Source: Sedimentisphaerales bacterium (lineage in GTDB: Bacteria; Planctomycetota; Phycisphaerae; Sedimentisphaerales; Anaerobacaceae). Taken from it: a stretch of DNA of 64,000 bases. Where the stretch lies: NCBI GenBank assembly GCA_035342095.1, contig DAOQWL010000007.1, positions 25,015 through 89,014 on the forward strand, written 5' to 3'. The stretch's first letter is position 1; every line of letters starts with the position of its first letter. Shown here one piece after another: positions 16,286 to 25,503 of this stretch. The position numbers and the translations under genes are program-made. The notes under the pieces are model-generated. The model was not told where the DNA came from. It saw only the letters and a list, made by a program, of their open reading frames with translations, and did not search any database.

Positions 16286-17746
16286 ATGACCAGGCAGTCC
16301 GGCCTGCCGGCGGGCGGTCCCATCGGTCCTCCGCGGCAGGGCGGCGCCGGTCTCGGGAGTCGGGCGGTGACCCAGGACGACAGCAAGAGAATTGAGAGAA
16401 TCCGCGAACGGATCAAGGAGTTCCCGACCGGGCCGGGGGTGTACTTCATGAAGAGCCCCGACGACGTCGTGCTCTACATCGGCAAGGCCAAGTCCCTGCG
16501 ATCCCGCGTCGGCAGCTACTTCCAGCCCTCCAGCAACCTGGAAGCCTCCCGCGGGCCGCACATCGCGGAGATGGTCAGCCGGGTCCACACGGTCGATTGC
16601 ATCGAGACCGAGAGCGAGGTCGACGCCATGCTCAAGGAGGCCCGCCTGATCAAGGACATCCGTCCGCCGTACAACATGGACCTGACGGACGACAAGACGT
16701 TCCCCTACCTGGAGATCGCGGTCCGCGAGGACTTCCCTGGCGTCTACATCACCCGCAAGCCGCAGGAAAAGGGGACCATTCTGTTCGGCCCGTTCACGAA
16801 CGTCCGCGATCTTCGCGACGTCCTCGTCGAGCTGCAGAAGATCTTCCGGTTCCGCACGTGCGGCCTGGAGATCGATGCGGATGACCCGAAGCGGCGATTC
16901 TTCCGCCCGTGCCTGTTGCACAGCATCCATCAATGTACGGCTCCCTGTGCGGCCCGGATCGAGAAGGCCGAGTACCGCAGGACGGTCAAGGACCTCGTCC
17001 GCTTCCTGCGGTCGAAGCGATCCGCGGTGCTGCGAGAGATGCACGAGCAGATGACCGCGGCGTCGAAGCACCTGGAATACGAGAAGGCCGCGATGCTCCG
17101 CGACCGCATCCGCCTGATCGAGAGCCTGGACCAGCGAGGCACGCCGGACGAGCACGTCCAGCCGGAGGTCTTCGCCGCCGACCCGACGGAAGGGCTCATC
17201 AAGCTCCGCGACATCCTCCAGACGCCAGCCCAGGTCCGCATCATCGAGGGGATCGACATCGCCAACATCAGCGGCGCCGAGGCGGTCGGCTCGCTCGTCA
17301 AGTTCATCGACGGCCGGCCCTTCAAGGCCGGCTACCGGCGTTTCCGCATCAGGACCGTCAAGGGCATCGACGACTACGCGATGATCGCGGAAGTGGTCCG
17401 GCGCCGCTACAAGTACGCCCTGCGCGGCGAGGAGCTCTGGCCCGATCTGATCCTCATCGACGGCGGCTTGGGCCACCTGCACGCCGCCCAGACCGCCCTT
17501 GCGGCCATGATCGACGAGGCGGTCGCGGCGGGGGGGGCAGATCTCCAGAGACCGCACACGAAGATGGCCTCGATTGCCAAACGCGAGGAGGACATCTACC
17601 TCCAGGGCGCCGCGGCGCCCCTGAAGCTGCCCGCCAACTCGCCGGTCCGCAAGCTCCTGCAATATGTCCGCGACGAGGCCCACCGTTTTGCCCAGCATTA
17701 CCATCACCTCCTCCGCACGAAGAAGATGCTGAACGAGAACCCCTGA
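16286..17746 (+). CDS. uvrC: Excinuclease ABC subunit C, lacking the C-terminal (HhH)2 domain
   Basis: GIY-YIG (GVYFMK...VLYIGKAKSLRSRV), UVR motif (LEYEKAAMLRDRI) and RNase H-like endonuclease region ending DEAHRFAQHYH. The stop follows directly after. Confidence 0.9.
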   Translation: MTRQSGLPAGGPIGPPRQGGAGLGSRAVTQDDSKRIERIRERIKEFPTGPGVYFMKSPDDVVLYIGKAKSLRSRVGSYFQPSSNLEASRGPHIAEMVSRVHTVDCIETESEVDAMLKEARLIKDIRPPYNMDLTDDKTFPYLEIAVREDFPGVYITRKPQEKGTILFGPFTNVRDLRDVLVELQKIFRFRTCGLEIDADDPKRRFFRPCLLHSIHQCTAPCAARIEKAEYRRTVKDLVRFLRSKRSAVLREMHEQMTAASKHLEYEKAAMLRDRIRLIESLDQRGTPDEHVQPEVFAADPTEGLIKLRDILQTPAQVRIIEGIDIANISGAEAVGSLVKFIDGRPFKAGYRRFRIRTVKGIDDYAMIAEVVRRRYKYALRGEELWPDLILIDGGLGHLHAAQTALAAMIDEAVAAGGADLQRPHTKMASIAKREEDIYLQGAAAPLKLPANSPVRKLLQYVRDEAHRFAQHYHHLLRTKKMLNENP

Positions 17747-17774
17747 CCGCTCCGTGGCAGGTCACGGAGTCCGT

Positions 17775-18713
17775 CTACCTGGCCGCGTTCTTCTCGCAGG
17801 ACGAGGCGATCAGCTCCCCCGACCGATAGGCGGGGAAGTAGTCGGTCTGGGCGATGCCCCGGGCTCTCACGATTTCGTCGTACTGAGCCCGATCGAAGAT
17901 GCGACCGCAGAGATAGGCGGGTTTGGTCCCGGAGGACCACTGCCGTTTGAATTCGGCCAGGCCGGCCTTCTCGTCGTGGCGACTGCCCGCAGGCCCGGCG
18001 AAGTCGATCCATCGCACCTTGCCGACGAAGTGCCGAATCGCCGACCAGTACAGCGCGTAGGCCGCGCGCAGCGCGTACCCGGTCGCGTCCGAGCACGCCA
18101 GGTGGCTGTAGGCGACGTCTCCCTGGACGTACCAGGCCATCATTCCGACCGTGTCGCGCCCGCTGACGGCGCGGAACATCACGAGACCCGGGACCTTCAT
18201 CTGCGTGAGGAAAGCCTCCGGGGAGAATCGGTGCAGACCGCGGAGGTCGTGTCTGCGAATCAGACAGCCATAGAGTCGGACCCAGTCGGCGAGGTAGTCG
18301 GTCGGATGGGGGCATAGTTCCACGTCGAGCCGGCGCAACGCGGCCCGGGCGTTTCGCTGGGCGCTCTTGCTGACCGTCTGCTCGATGGGGCACTGCGTAT
18401 CGAGCACGTAGTGCTGCTTGAAGACGATCATGCGATCGGGGAAACACTCGCGAAGTTGCGCTTCCGTGTAGTCTCCAAAGGGATCGGCTACGAGGCAGAC
18501 GGACACGAGATCCGAGGCCAGCGCGTCCAGATCGCCTTTCAACGCCGACCAGTCCCGGCACGCAGACAGCGGGTAGCACCCCATGGCGTCCCGACAAGTC
18601 GAGCCGGGAATCGCTCGTTCGAGGAGCCAGACGCCGCTGCGCGGCAGCTCGCGGGGCAGGCCGTAGGCCGCCAGCGACTTGGCGTAGTCAGGATGGAGAT
18701 AACCGGTCAGCAT
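17775..18713 (-). CDS. GNAT/FemAB-like acyltransferase-fold protein
   Basis: 312 aa. C-terminal AGLAEFKRQW resembles the FemAB/GNAT (Acetyltransf_6-like) family. Weak recognition. Confidence 0.5.
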   Translation of the reverse strand: MLTGYLHPDYAKSLAAYGLPRELPRSGVWLLERAIPGSTCRDAMGCYPLSACRDWSALKGDLDALASDLVSVCLVADPFGDYTEAQLRECFPDRMIVFKQHYVLDTQCPIEQTVSKSAQRNARAALRRLDVELCPHPTDYLADWVRLYGCLIRRHDLRGLHRFSPEAFLTQMKVPGLVMFRAVSGRDTVGMMAWYVQGDVAYSHLACSDATGYALRAAYALYWSAIRHFVGKVRWIDFAGPAGSRHDEKAGLAEFKRQWSSGTKPAYLCGRIFDRAQYDEIVRARGIAQTDYFPAYRSGELIASSCEKNAAR

Positions 18714-18962
18714 AGGATCTCAGTACATATTTCGGCTGCGGAGGGGTGAGGCATTACGCGCCTGCCTGTCTTCCCCGCATGGACACAGGTACAAACCGGA
18801 TCGGGCGACAGCATGGGCGTGCGTCGGCGACTCGCAACGTGCCCTTTCTTGGAGAGTTGTCCGATAATCACGCAGGAGCATAGACCTGTTTTCCGATCGG
18901 AACACCATGATTGGCTTTCTGTACGACAAGAGGTCTGTCCTGTCAAGGCGGCGGCCTGTATA

Positions 18963-20825
18963 ATGGGCAGCCTTGGAGACCATAGGAGACCACGGCATTT
19001 GACCGAGCCGCTCGCAACAGCATTGGAGAAGTACTGGGGATACCGGGAGTTCCGGCCCCTGCAGAAGGAGGCCATGGACTGCCTCTGCGCCGGTCGGGAT
19101 GTCGTCGTCGTGCTCCCCACCGGCGGCGGCAAGTCGCTGTGCTTCCAGGTCCCTGCGGTTACGTCCGACGGGCTGGCGATCGTGGTATCGCCCTTGATCT
19201 CGCTGATGAAGGATCAGGTGGACGCGCTGGCCGAGTGCGGCGTGCCCGCGGCGAGGATCGACAGCTCGCTGACGCCGGAAGAGCGGGACAACGCCCTGAC
19301 GCGGGTTCGCAGGCACCAGCTCAAGCTGCTGTACGTCTCGCCCGAGCGGCTGGTCTCCGAGTCGTTCAGCAGGTTCCTCCAGACGCTCCCGCTGTCCTTC
19401 ATCGCCATCGACGAGGCCCACTGCATCAGCATGTGGGGCCACGATTTCCGACCCGAGTACCGCCAGCTCGGCTCGCTGCGGAAGATCTTCCCCAAGGCGA
19501 CCATCGGCGCCTACACCGCGACCGCGACCGAGCAGGTCCGGCGTGACATCGCGGAACAACTGTCTCTCAAGGACCCCGCCATGCTGGTCGGCTCGTTCGA
19601 CCGGCCCAATCTCATCTACAAGGTCCGCCCGCGGAGCCGGATCGTCAAGCAGGTCTGCGAGGTCCTCGACCGGCATCGCAGCGAGTCCGGCATCGTCTAC
19701 TGCATCCGGCGGCTCGACGTCAACGAGATGGCCGTGGCTCTCACCCAGAAGGGATTCCGCGTAGCGCCCTATCACGCGGGCATGACGGACCAGGCCCGCA
19801 AGAAGAACCAGGACGATTTCGTCGCGGAGCGGGTCGATACCATTGTGGCGACCATCGCCTTCGGCATGGGGATCGACAAGTCGAACGTCCGCTACGTGGT
19901 CCACGCCGGCATGCCCAAGTCGATCGAGCACTACCAGCAGGAAAGCGGCCGCGCCGGGCGGGACGGTCTCGAGGCCGAGTGCTGTTTGTTCTACTCCCCC
20001 GGCGACTACGGCACCTGGAAGAGCCTGATGCGAGACATGGACCCGCAGGCCTTGAAGGTCGCCCTGGCCAAGCTCAGCCGGATGTACAGCTACTGCACGG
20101 AGGGTCTCTGCCGCCGCAAGGCCATTCTCGGCTACTTCGGGCAATCGCTCGCCAAGAGCGACTGCGGCGCGTGCGACATCTGCCTGGAAGACGTGGACTC
20201 GATCGAAGACGCACTCGTGACAGCCCAGAAAGTCCTGTCCTGCGTTCTGCGTCTGGACCAGCGTTTCGGCGGGGCCTACACCGCCCAGGTTCTGACGGGC
20301 TCGCGCGATCAGCGGGTCTTGGACAATAGACATAACACTCTCAGCACCTACGGCCTGCTGGCCGATTGCGACACGCGGGCCGTCCACGATTGGATCGAGC
20401 AGTTGGTCGGGCAGGGCTTCCTGGAGAAGACCGGCGAGTACAACGTGCTCGTCGTTACCCCGGAAGGCCGGCGAGTCCTGCGCGGCGAGGTGGTCCCGCG
20501 ACTCTTGCGCCCGACGCAGAAACCCGAGCGCAAGGCCAAGGTGGCCACCGACGCCTGGCAGGACGTTGACCGGAGCCTGTTCGACGCGCTCCGCGAGGTC
20601 CGCGCGAAACTGGCCCGCGAGCGGGGAGTCCCGGCCTTCGTCATCTTCGGCGACGCCGCCCTGCGGGACATGGCCCGACGTCGGCCCTCGACCCTGGATC
20701 GATTCCTCGAAGTCAAAGGCGTCGGTCAGACGAAAACCAAGCAGTACGGGCGGATCATGGTCGAGCGAATCCGCGCCTACTGCGTCGAGCACGCAGTCGA
20801 AATGGACCTGACGGTCGTGGACTGA
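18963..20825 (+). CDS. recQ: ATP-dependent DNA helicase RecQ
   Basis: LEKYWGYREFRPLQ, PTGGGKSLCFQ, DEAHCISMWGHDFRPEY, QESGRAGRDG, and RQC and HRDC regions. Confidence 0.92.
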   Translation: MGSLGDHRRPRHLTEPLATALEKYWGYREFRPLQKEAMDCLCAGRDVVVVLPTGGGKSLCFQVPAVTSDGLAIVVSPLISLMKDQVDALAECGVPAARIDSSLTPEERDNALTRVRRHQLKLLYVSPERLVSESFSRFLQTLPLSFIAIDEAHCISMWGHDFRPEYRQLGSLRKIFPKATIGAYTATATEQVRRDIAEQLSLKDPAMLVGSFDRPNLIYKVRPRSRIVKQVCEVLDRHRSESGIVYCIRRLDVNEMAVALTQKGFRVAPYHAGMTDQARKKNQDDFVAERVDTIVATIAFGMGIDKSNVRYVVHAGMPKSIEHYQQESGRAGRDGLEAECCLFYSPGDYGTWKSLMRDMDPQALKVALAKLSRMYSYCTEGLCRRKAILGYFGQSLAKSDCGACDICLEDVDSIEDALVTAQKVLSCVLRLDQRFGGAYTAQVLTGSRDQRVLDNRHNTLSTYGLLADCDTRAVHDWIEQLVGQGFLEKTGEYNVLVVTPEGRRVLRGEVVPRLLRPTQKPERKAKVATDAWQDVDRSLFDALREVRAKLARERGVPAFVIFGDAALRDMARRRPSTLDRFLEVKGVGQTKTKQYGRIMVERIRAYCVEHAVEMDLTVVD

Positions 20826-20844
20826 GAACGCCGTGGAAGTCCAC

Positions 20845-20879
20845 AATCAACAATCTCAAATCACAAATCAGAAATCGAG
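20845..20879. repeat. A+T-rich heptad tract (NNAAATC)n
   Basis: AATCAACAATCTCAAATCACAAATCAGAAATCGAG, between the convergent recQ and DUF2961 genes. Confidence 0.5.
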
Positions 20880-20881
20880 CG

Positions 20882-22075
20882 TCACCGCTCATTGCCCCAG
20901 AGCTGGTCGTTGCTGCCGTGGGCCTTCCGCCAGGCGTCTCGCCACCTGTGGACGTCGGTCACGCCGATGAACGACTTGGGCTTGCGAGCCTCCTTGTTCG
21001 GAATCGGAGCCAGCTTCGTCAGCGGTGGAGCCTGATACCAGTACGCGACGCTTGCGAGATCCAGCGTCAGGCAGTTGTTGTGACCGTGCTCGATCGTGAC
21101 CTTCAGCGACTTGTCGAAGTAGACCGGGTCCGCGATGTGGAAGCGGTACACGTGGGTCCTCCCGAGCCAGCCCAGGTCGTCGTTGACGCGACCGTAGCCG
21201 AAGTACGGGTGGCTGTACAGCGTCTTCGGGCACCACGACGTGTTGAAGTAGTCCTCGGTGCCGGTCCCGTGCAGGGTGGGCGTCTGGGCGCCGTCGATGA
21301 AGATCATGTCGTCGCCCTCGCCGTACCACATGGGCGAAGGGCTGTGGACGTAGTAGTTGACCCCGACGTAATGGCCCTTGCCCTTGATGTCCGCGAAGAC
21401 GTAGTTGTCCTTGCCCGTGGTGTTCTTGCCCTCGGGCCCCAGGGTGCCCCATTCGTTCTCGCCGTCGGGGAGGGCCTCGGTCAGCTCGTGGTTGTACCAC
21501 GCACAGAAGCGCCCCATATCCTCCGGCAGCTTCTCGACCTCGACGTAGTCGATGAAGTAATAGAAGGCGCTGATCTCCCTCCCGGCCTGGTTCTCGATCT
21601 CGATCCTCGCGCCGTTGGCGAACGGCATGGCGAAGTACGAGACCATCGCCCGACCCTCGACCGGGCCGACCGCCAGGGGCAGACTCACGAAGGGATAGCT
21701 CTCGTTCCAGCCCTGCCCGAAGAACGGGCCGATGGGCGACTCGACGGACGGAAAGCTGTTCCCGTCCCAGTACATGCGAAGGATGATGTCGTTCCGACTC
21801 AGCGTCTCCGGCGTCGGCGCGATGGTGATCCAGATGTGGTTGATGATGCCGGCGCCCTGGACGTTGAACAGCTCGCGGGTCTCGCCGTCCTTGATGTGCT
21901 CGAAGCGGTCGTTGTTGCCGCCGGAGCGGTCGTAGCTGCTGACGCGCTGGGTCTTGACGCCCGAGCGGATGCGGGCCAAACCGGCCAGATCATCCGGCCC
22001 GGCCGCCAGGCTCGCGCTGCACAGCAGACAGACCGACATGAGACCCGACGTTAGAATCGATGGGAAGCTCCTCAT
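20882..22075 (-). CDS. DUF2961 / GH172-like secreted glycoside hydrolase
   Basis: Signal peptide. SSYDRSGGNNDRF and GAGIINHIWITI motifs typical of DUF2961. Confidence 0.8.
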   Translation of the reverse strand: MRSFPSILTSGLMSVCLLCSASLAAGPDDLAGLARIRSGVKTQRVSSYDRSGGNNDRFEHIKDGETRELFNVQGAGIINHIWITIAPTPETLSRNDIILRMYWDGNSFPSVESPIGPFFGQGWNESYPFVSLPLAVGPVEGRAMVSYFAMPFANGARIEIENQAGREISAFYYFIDYVEVEKLPEDMGRFCAWYNHELTEALPDGENEWGTLGPEGKNTTGKDNYVFADIKGKGHYVGVNYYVHSPSPMWYGEGDDMIFIDGAQTPTLHGTGTEDYFNTSWCPKTLYSHPYFGYGRVNDDLGWLGRTHVYRFHIADPVYFDKSLKVTIEHGHNNCLTLDLASVAYWYQAPPLTKLAPIPNKEARKPKSFIGVTDVHRWRDAWRKAHGSNDQLWGNER

Positions 22076-22177
22076 GGCAATACCTCCTTTGGACCAACCT
22101 TTCCTTCGTCACGACGCCGCGACGTTCCCCGGCGTCCCCGGCCCACGATCATAGCGACCCGCGCCGGCCCCGGCCAG

Positions 22178-23122
22178 TCAATTCCCCGACCCCCCACCTC
22201 CCGGGATTGGGTTCGTTTCGCACGATCGATCGGGAAGCGTTTCGCAGGCAGACCGCGTCGCTCGTCTCTCGTCGTTCGTAGTGACGCCGGAAGGCGTTAT
22301 CGTAGCACGGGCATCTTGCCCGTGAATAGCGTGGGCGTCCCGCCCATGACTCTGACCTACGGGCACAGCCTGCCCTGGGAGCGAAGCCGAAGGGATGCCC
22401 ATGCCATGAGCAACGCCTGTGGGCGGTTTTGAGTTCTCAAACGCGGACCTCCGTGTTCGGGACTCCGCTGCCACATCTGCGTCAAACGAAGCCAATTCCG
22501 CCCGTGCTGGGGGCTCCTGCCCCGCCGGGAGGTCGCCCTCTGAACTCGGGGTTCCTGCCGGCGCGGCTGCCGCCGTGCTTGCCTGACGCGATTCCTGCTC
22601 CCTGCGGAGTTCGGCCATCGTCCGGTACAGGCTGCTCTCGATCCGGCGCTCGTACATCAGGAGTCGGTCGAGGACCCGCGCCCCGGCGAAGTCCTCGACG
22701 ACCACTTTGCCCAGCGAGGCAGTCTCGTCCACCACGCCGGCGATGCTCCGATCCCAGTCACTTCCTTTGATCTGCTTCCACTCTTCGAGCCGGGCCTCCA
22801 GCAGATCCGTCGGCTCCCCCTCGTCCAGGGCCGCGAAGGCAGCATTCTGGAGCCGCTCGGCCCGTCGAAGCCGCCAGGAGAGCCCGACGACCCGCTCGGC
22901 CAGCATCGCTTCCACCGCTCCGGCCGGGCTCAGCTCCTGGAGCATTTCCTCCCGGTACAGCGCAAACTCCTGAGGGTCTTCCCCCTGGATGACCGCCTCC
23001 CGCGCCAGCAGTCCATGCTTGATGGCATTCTGGGAGGCCCGTTCCTTGCCTTCCGGCGTACGCGGACCCGTCGACTTCTGGGCATTCGAACGATTCGCCT
23101 GGATCTGTGCAACGCTTGCCAT
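22178..23122 (-). CDS. Hypothetical protein with conserved N-terminal NRxNAxxSTGPxTxEGKxxSxxNAxKHGL motif
   Basis: ATG at 23122 is preceded by GGAGGG. The C-terminal ~60-80 codons read through GC-rich hairpin repeats and may not be genuine coding sequence. Confidence 0.5.
   Translation of the reverse strand: MASVAQIQANRSNAQKSTGPRTPEGKERASQNAIKHGLLAREAVIQGEDPQEFALYREEMLQELSPAGAVEAMLAERVVGLSWRLRRAERLQNAAFAALDEGEPTDLLEARLEEWKQIKGSDWDRSIAGVVDETASLGKVVVEDFAGARVLDRLLMYERRIESSLYRTMAELRREQESRQASTAAAAPAGTPSSEGDLPAGQEPPARAELASFDADVAAESRTRRSAFENSKPPTGVAHGMGIPSASLPGQAVPVGQSHGRDAHAIHGQDARATITPSGVTTNDERRATRSACETLPDRSCETNPIPGGGGSGN
22273..22440. repeat. Cluster of GC-rich REP-like hairpins
   Basis: Inverted copy of the AACGCC-NNNN-GGCGTCACTACGAACG module (22273-22298). 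CACGGGCATCTTGCCCGTG hairpin plus several GGGCA/TGCCC-type palindromic units. Confidence 0.55.
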
Positions 23123-23134
23123 ACTGAGCCCTCC

Positions 23135-23162
23135 GAATTGACGATTGTCGATTTGCGATTCG
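23135..23162. repeat. A+T-rich heptad tract in a 5' UTR
   Basis: On the coding (minus) strand: CGAATCGCAAATCGACAATCGTCAATTC, immediately upstream of GGAGGG and the ATG at 23122. Confidence 0.5.
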
Positions 23163-23462
23163 TGGCCCCCAATGGGGCGACACTCATGTAGATTATACCA
23201 TAGCCGCAAGCGGTTTCAACAAAAATACAACAAACTGCGTTGATATTTGCCGCACCCTAAGCCCTGCTCCCGCCGGGACTAATGAAACGCTGCCAGAGGA
23301 TCTTCACCCCAGACACGCCTTTGTGGGACAGGTGGATGCGTAGGTGCGGGCTGCGGACACGTGCAACTCAGCCGTTTTTCCTTGCCACTCCCGGTCCTCC
23401 CCGCCACAATAGTGGGGTAGTGCGTGTTGAGATCCAGGATTGAAGTGGCAGGGAGAACCAGC

Positions 23463-25250
23463 ATGAGACATAGCTTCGTTCTGTCGGTGGTGGCGTTCAT
23501 CGTGTGGGTCGGGACGGTCGCGGAGATACAGCCCGCTGTCCGGGCGGAAGAACTGGCGTCTCCGACCCGTGATCGCGACCTCATCGTCTTCGTCGCCAAA
23601 GAGAAGCCGGACCTGTATCGGCTCATCGGCCAGGAGGTGGCGCCCTACGGGACCGCGAAGTTCTCCAATCCCAAGGCGATCGTGGCCGACCCGGGATCTC
23701 AGTGTTTTTACGTCTTTGACGAGCCGCCGCGACTAGATCAGATGCGCAAGATCTGGCGCATCGATGGGCAGGGGAATGCCACGCTTGCCTTTCAGGGACA
23801 CCTGACCACCCATGGCGGCCCATTCGATTGCCCCGTCGGGCTGGGACTCGATGAAACCGGCAGACTGCTCGTGGCGGACGCTATCACAGGACTCTGGCGG
23901 CTCGAGGGCGCCGGCCGGCTCCAGCGGCTCGTGGACGGCAAGGACAAGCCACTCTACCGGATCACCGCAGCGACCGCCACGCGCGAGTACGGCCTGATCG
24001 TCGGCACCAGCTACCTGTATGAGATCACAGGCGGCCAGATGCTGAACCTGCCGAAACGCATGGTTGGCAACTCCGAATTCGAGGGCACGTGGGACCCCAC
24101 GCCGTCCTACAGCCCCATGTCCCAGACTTCGTGGGGCATGGACCTTCCCACCATCAATCTCAAGAATACGGGAGTGGGGAACTCCACGGGCCGCCAGGTT
24201 CCCATTCGAATCTGGAGGAATCAGGGCGGATTGTATCGTGTCGATCCCCGGCGTGCGCCGGCCGGCGTGGACGGTCTGCTCGTCAACCGCCGGCCCGACG
24301 GCGAGGAGTACGACACCTACTGGCGGACGCTCAGGCAGGTCTTCGTCGATGCCGCGGGCCGCGTGGTGCTCGTCGACGCCGGCAGCGCCCGGCAACGCAC
24401 CGAACTGTCCTATACCGGCGGACGTCCCACCGACCACCCGCAGACCCGAACGAGCACCTCGGCCATCAACGGCAGCGTCTTCCTGCTGTACCCCGACGGC
24501 CGGTTCGAGGACTTGACCTTCAAGACGCCGGACCAGAGTTCCGGACCGATGCGCCGTCCCGTCGGCGCCGCCCAGTGGTCCGACGACACCTACATCGTCG
24601 CCGATCCCGAACTGTATGTGCAGGGGATCAACGGCACCGGAGGCCTGCTCCTGCTGAAACTCGACGGCTCCCGCGAGGCGCGCTGGCCCTTCGGATACCG
24701 CCTCAAACCCATGGGCGTAGCGATCCTGCGAGGCGCCGGTGCGCCGGCCGACACGAAACCCGCGATTCCCCTGCAGATTGCGGACCTCGTGGGCGTCCTG
24801 ACGGCCGGACCGATCACGCGGATCGAGAGCGTCTCGCTCGAACGCAAGCCCCAGCCCACGGGCGGTGGCCTGCTCCCCCCGATCATCATCAACTGGGACA
24901 AGCAACCGGCGGCGCAAGCGGAACAGAAGCTCCGAGCCTTCGTCGAAGCAGCGCGGTGGGCGGTCGCAGAAGACGGGACGGTGCGATTCGTCGGGCAGGG
25001 CGTAGACCCACGCGAGGAAGGCAATCCCTGGGTCATGCAGGGCCTAATCACCGTGCACGGGCAGATGGTCAACGCCTCGGTGAGCTACCAGCACAAGAAC
25101 CTGTATGACATCCAGATCGGATCGCTCGATGCGCGCTGGCGCCGCACCGGACCCGACACGGTGACGATGAACGCGACAATGAACGTCTTCACCACGACGG
25201 AGCGCCTCAAAGCCACCTTCGAGCAGACGATGCCGTTGCAGAAGAAATGA
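23463..25250 (+). CDS. Secreted hypothetical protein (possible beta-propeller)
   Basis: Signal peptide MRHSFVLSVVAFIVWVGTVAE. No recognisable catalytic motif. Confidence 0.55.
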   Translation: MRHSFVLSVVAFIVWVGTVAEIQPAVRAEELASPTRDRDLIVFVAKEKPDLYRLIGQEVAPYGTAKFSNPKAIVADPGSQCFYVFDEPPRLDQMRKIWRIDGQGNATLAFQGHLTTHGGPFDCPVGLGLDETGRLLVADAITGLWRLEGAGRLQRLVDGKDKPLYRITAATATREYGLIVGTSYLYEITGGQMLNLPKRMVGNSEFEGTWDPTPSYSPMSQTSWGMDLPTINLKNTGVGNSTGRQVPIRIWRNQGGLYRVDPRRAPAGVDGLLVNRRPDGEEYDTYWRTLRQVFVDAAGRVVLVDAGSARQRTELSYTGGRPTDHPQTRTSTSAINGSVFLLYPDGRFEDLTFKTPDQSSGPMRRPVGAAQWSDDTYIVADPELYVQGINGTGGLLLLKLDGSREARWPFGYRLKPMGVAILRGAGAPADTKPAIPLQIADLVGVLTAGPITRIESVSLERKPQPTGGGLLPPIIINWDKQPAAQAEQKLRAFVEAARWAVAEDGTVRFVGQGVDPREEGNPWVMQGLITVHGQMVNASVSYQHKNLYDIQIGSLDARWRRTGPDTVTMNATMNVFTTTERLKATFEQTMPLQKK

Positions 25251-25326
25251 CAATCTGGGGACAGCATGCTCGGGAACTTCGAGGGGAGACCCCGGCGGGC
25301 GACAGCGTTTCGGTCATTTGGGCTTC

Positions 25327-25366
25327 GCATTTCGAATTTGTTTCGGATTTCGGATTTCGATATTCG
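25327..25366. repeat. A+T-rich heptad tract (GATTTNN)n
   Basis: GCATTTCGAATTTGTTTCGGATTTCGGATTTCGATATTCG. Confidence 0.5.
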
Positions 25367-25435
25367 TGCTTGCCTCCCAGGGGGGCGTCTCGTTGATGGG
25401 ACCTGGCTCTTGACTGATTGCGGGCTGGCGGCCAT

Positions 25436-25470
25436 GATTGTCGATTGTCGCTGTTACGTTCGATTGTGTG
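25436..25470. repeat. A+T-rich heptad tract (GATTGTC)n
   Basis: GATTGTCGATTGTCGCTGTTACGTTCGATTGTGTG, about 35 nt upstream of the 25504 start. Confidence 0.45.
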
Positions 25471-25503
25471 CCGTTCCGGAGGTGTCCGTAGGAGGTGTCT
25501 GTC

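Noticed and set aside
18720-20846. 708-aa minus-strand ORF opposite recQ
   Set aside because: It is a shadow ORF. RecQ helicase motifs are unambiguous on the plus strand.
25327-25470. Heptad tracts considered as a possible CRISPR array or tandem VNTR
   Set aside because: The repeat period is only 7 nt. There are no spacers of 25-40 nt and no cas genes, so they are reported as short periodic tracts instead.
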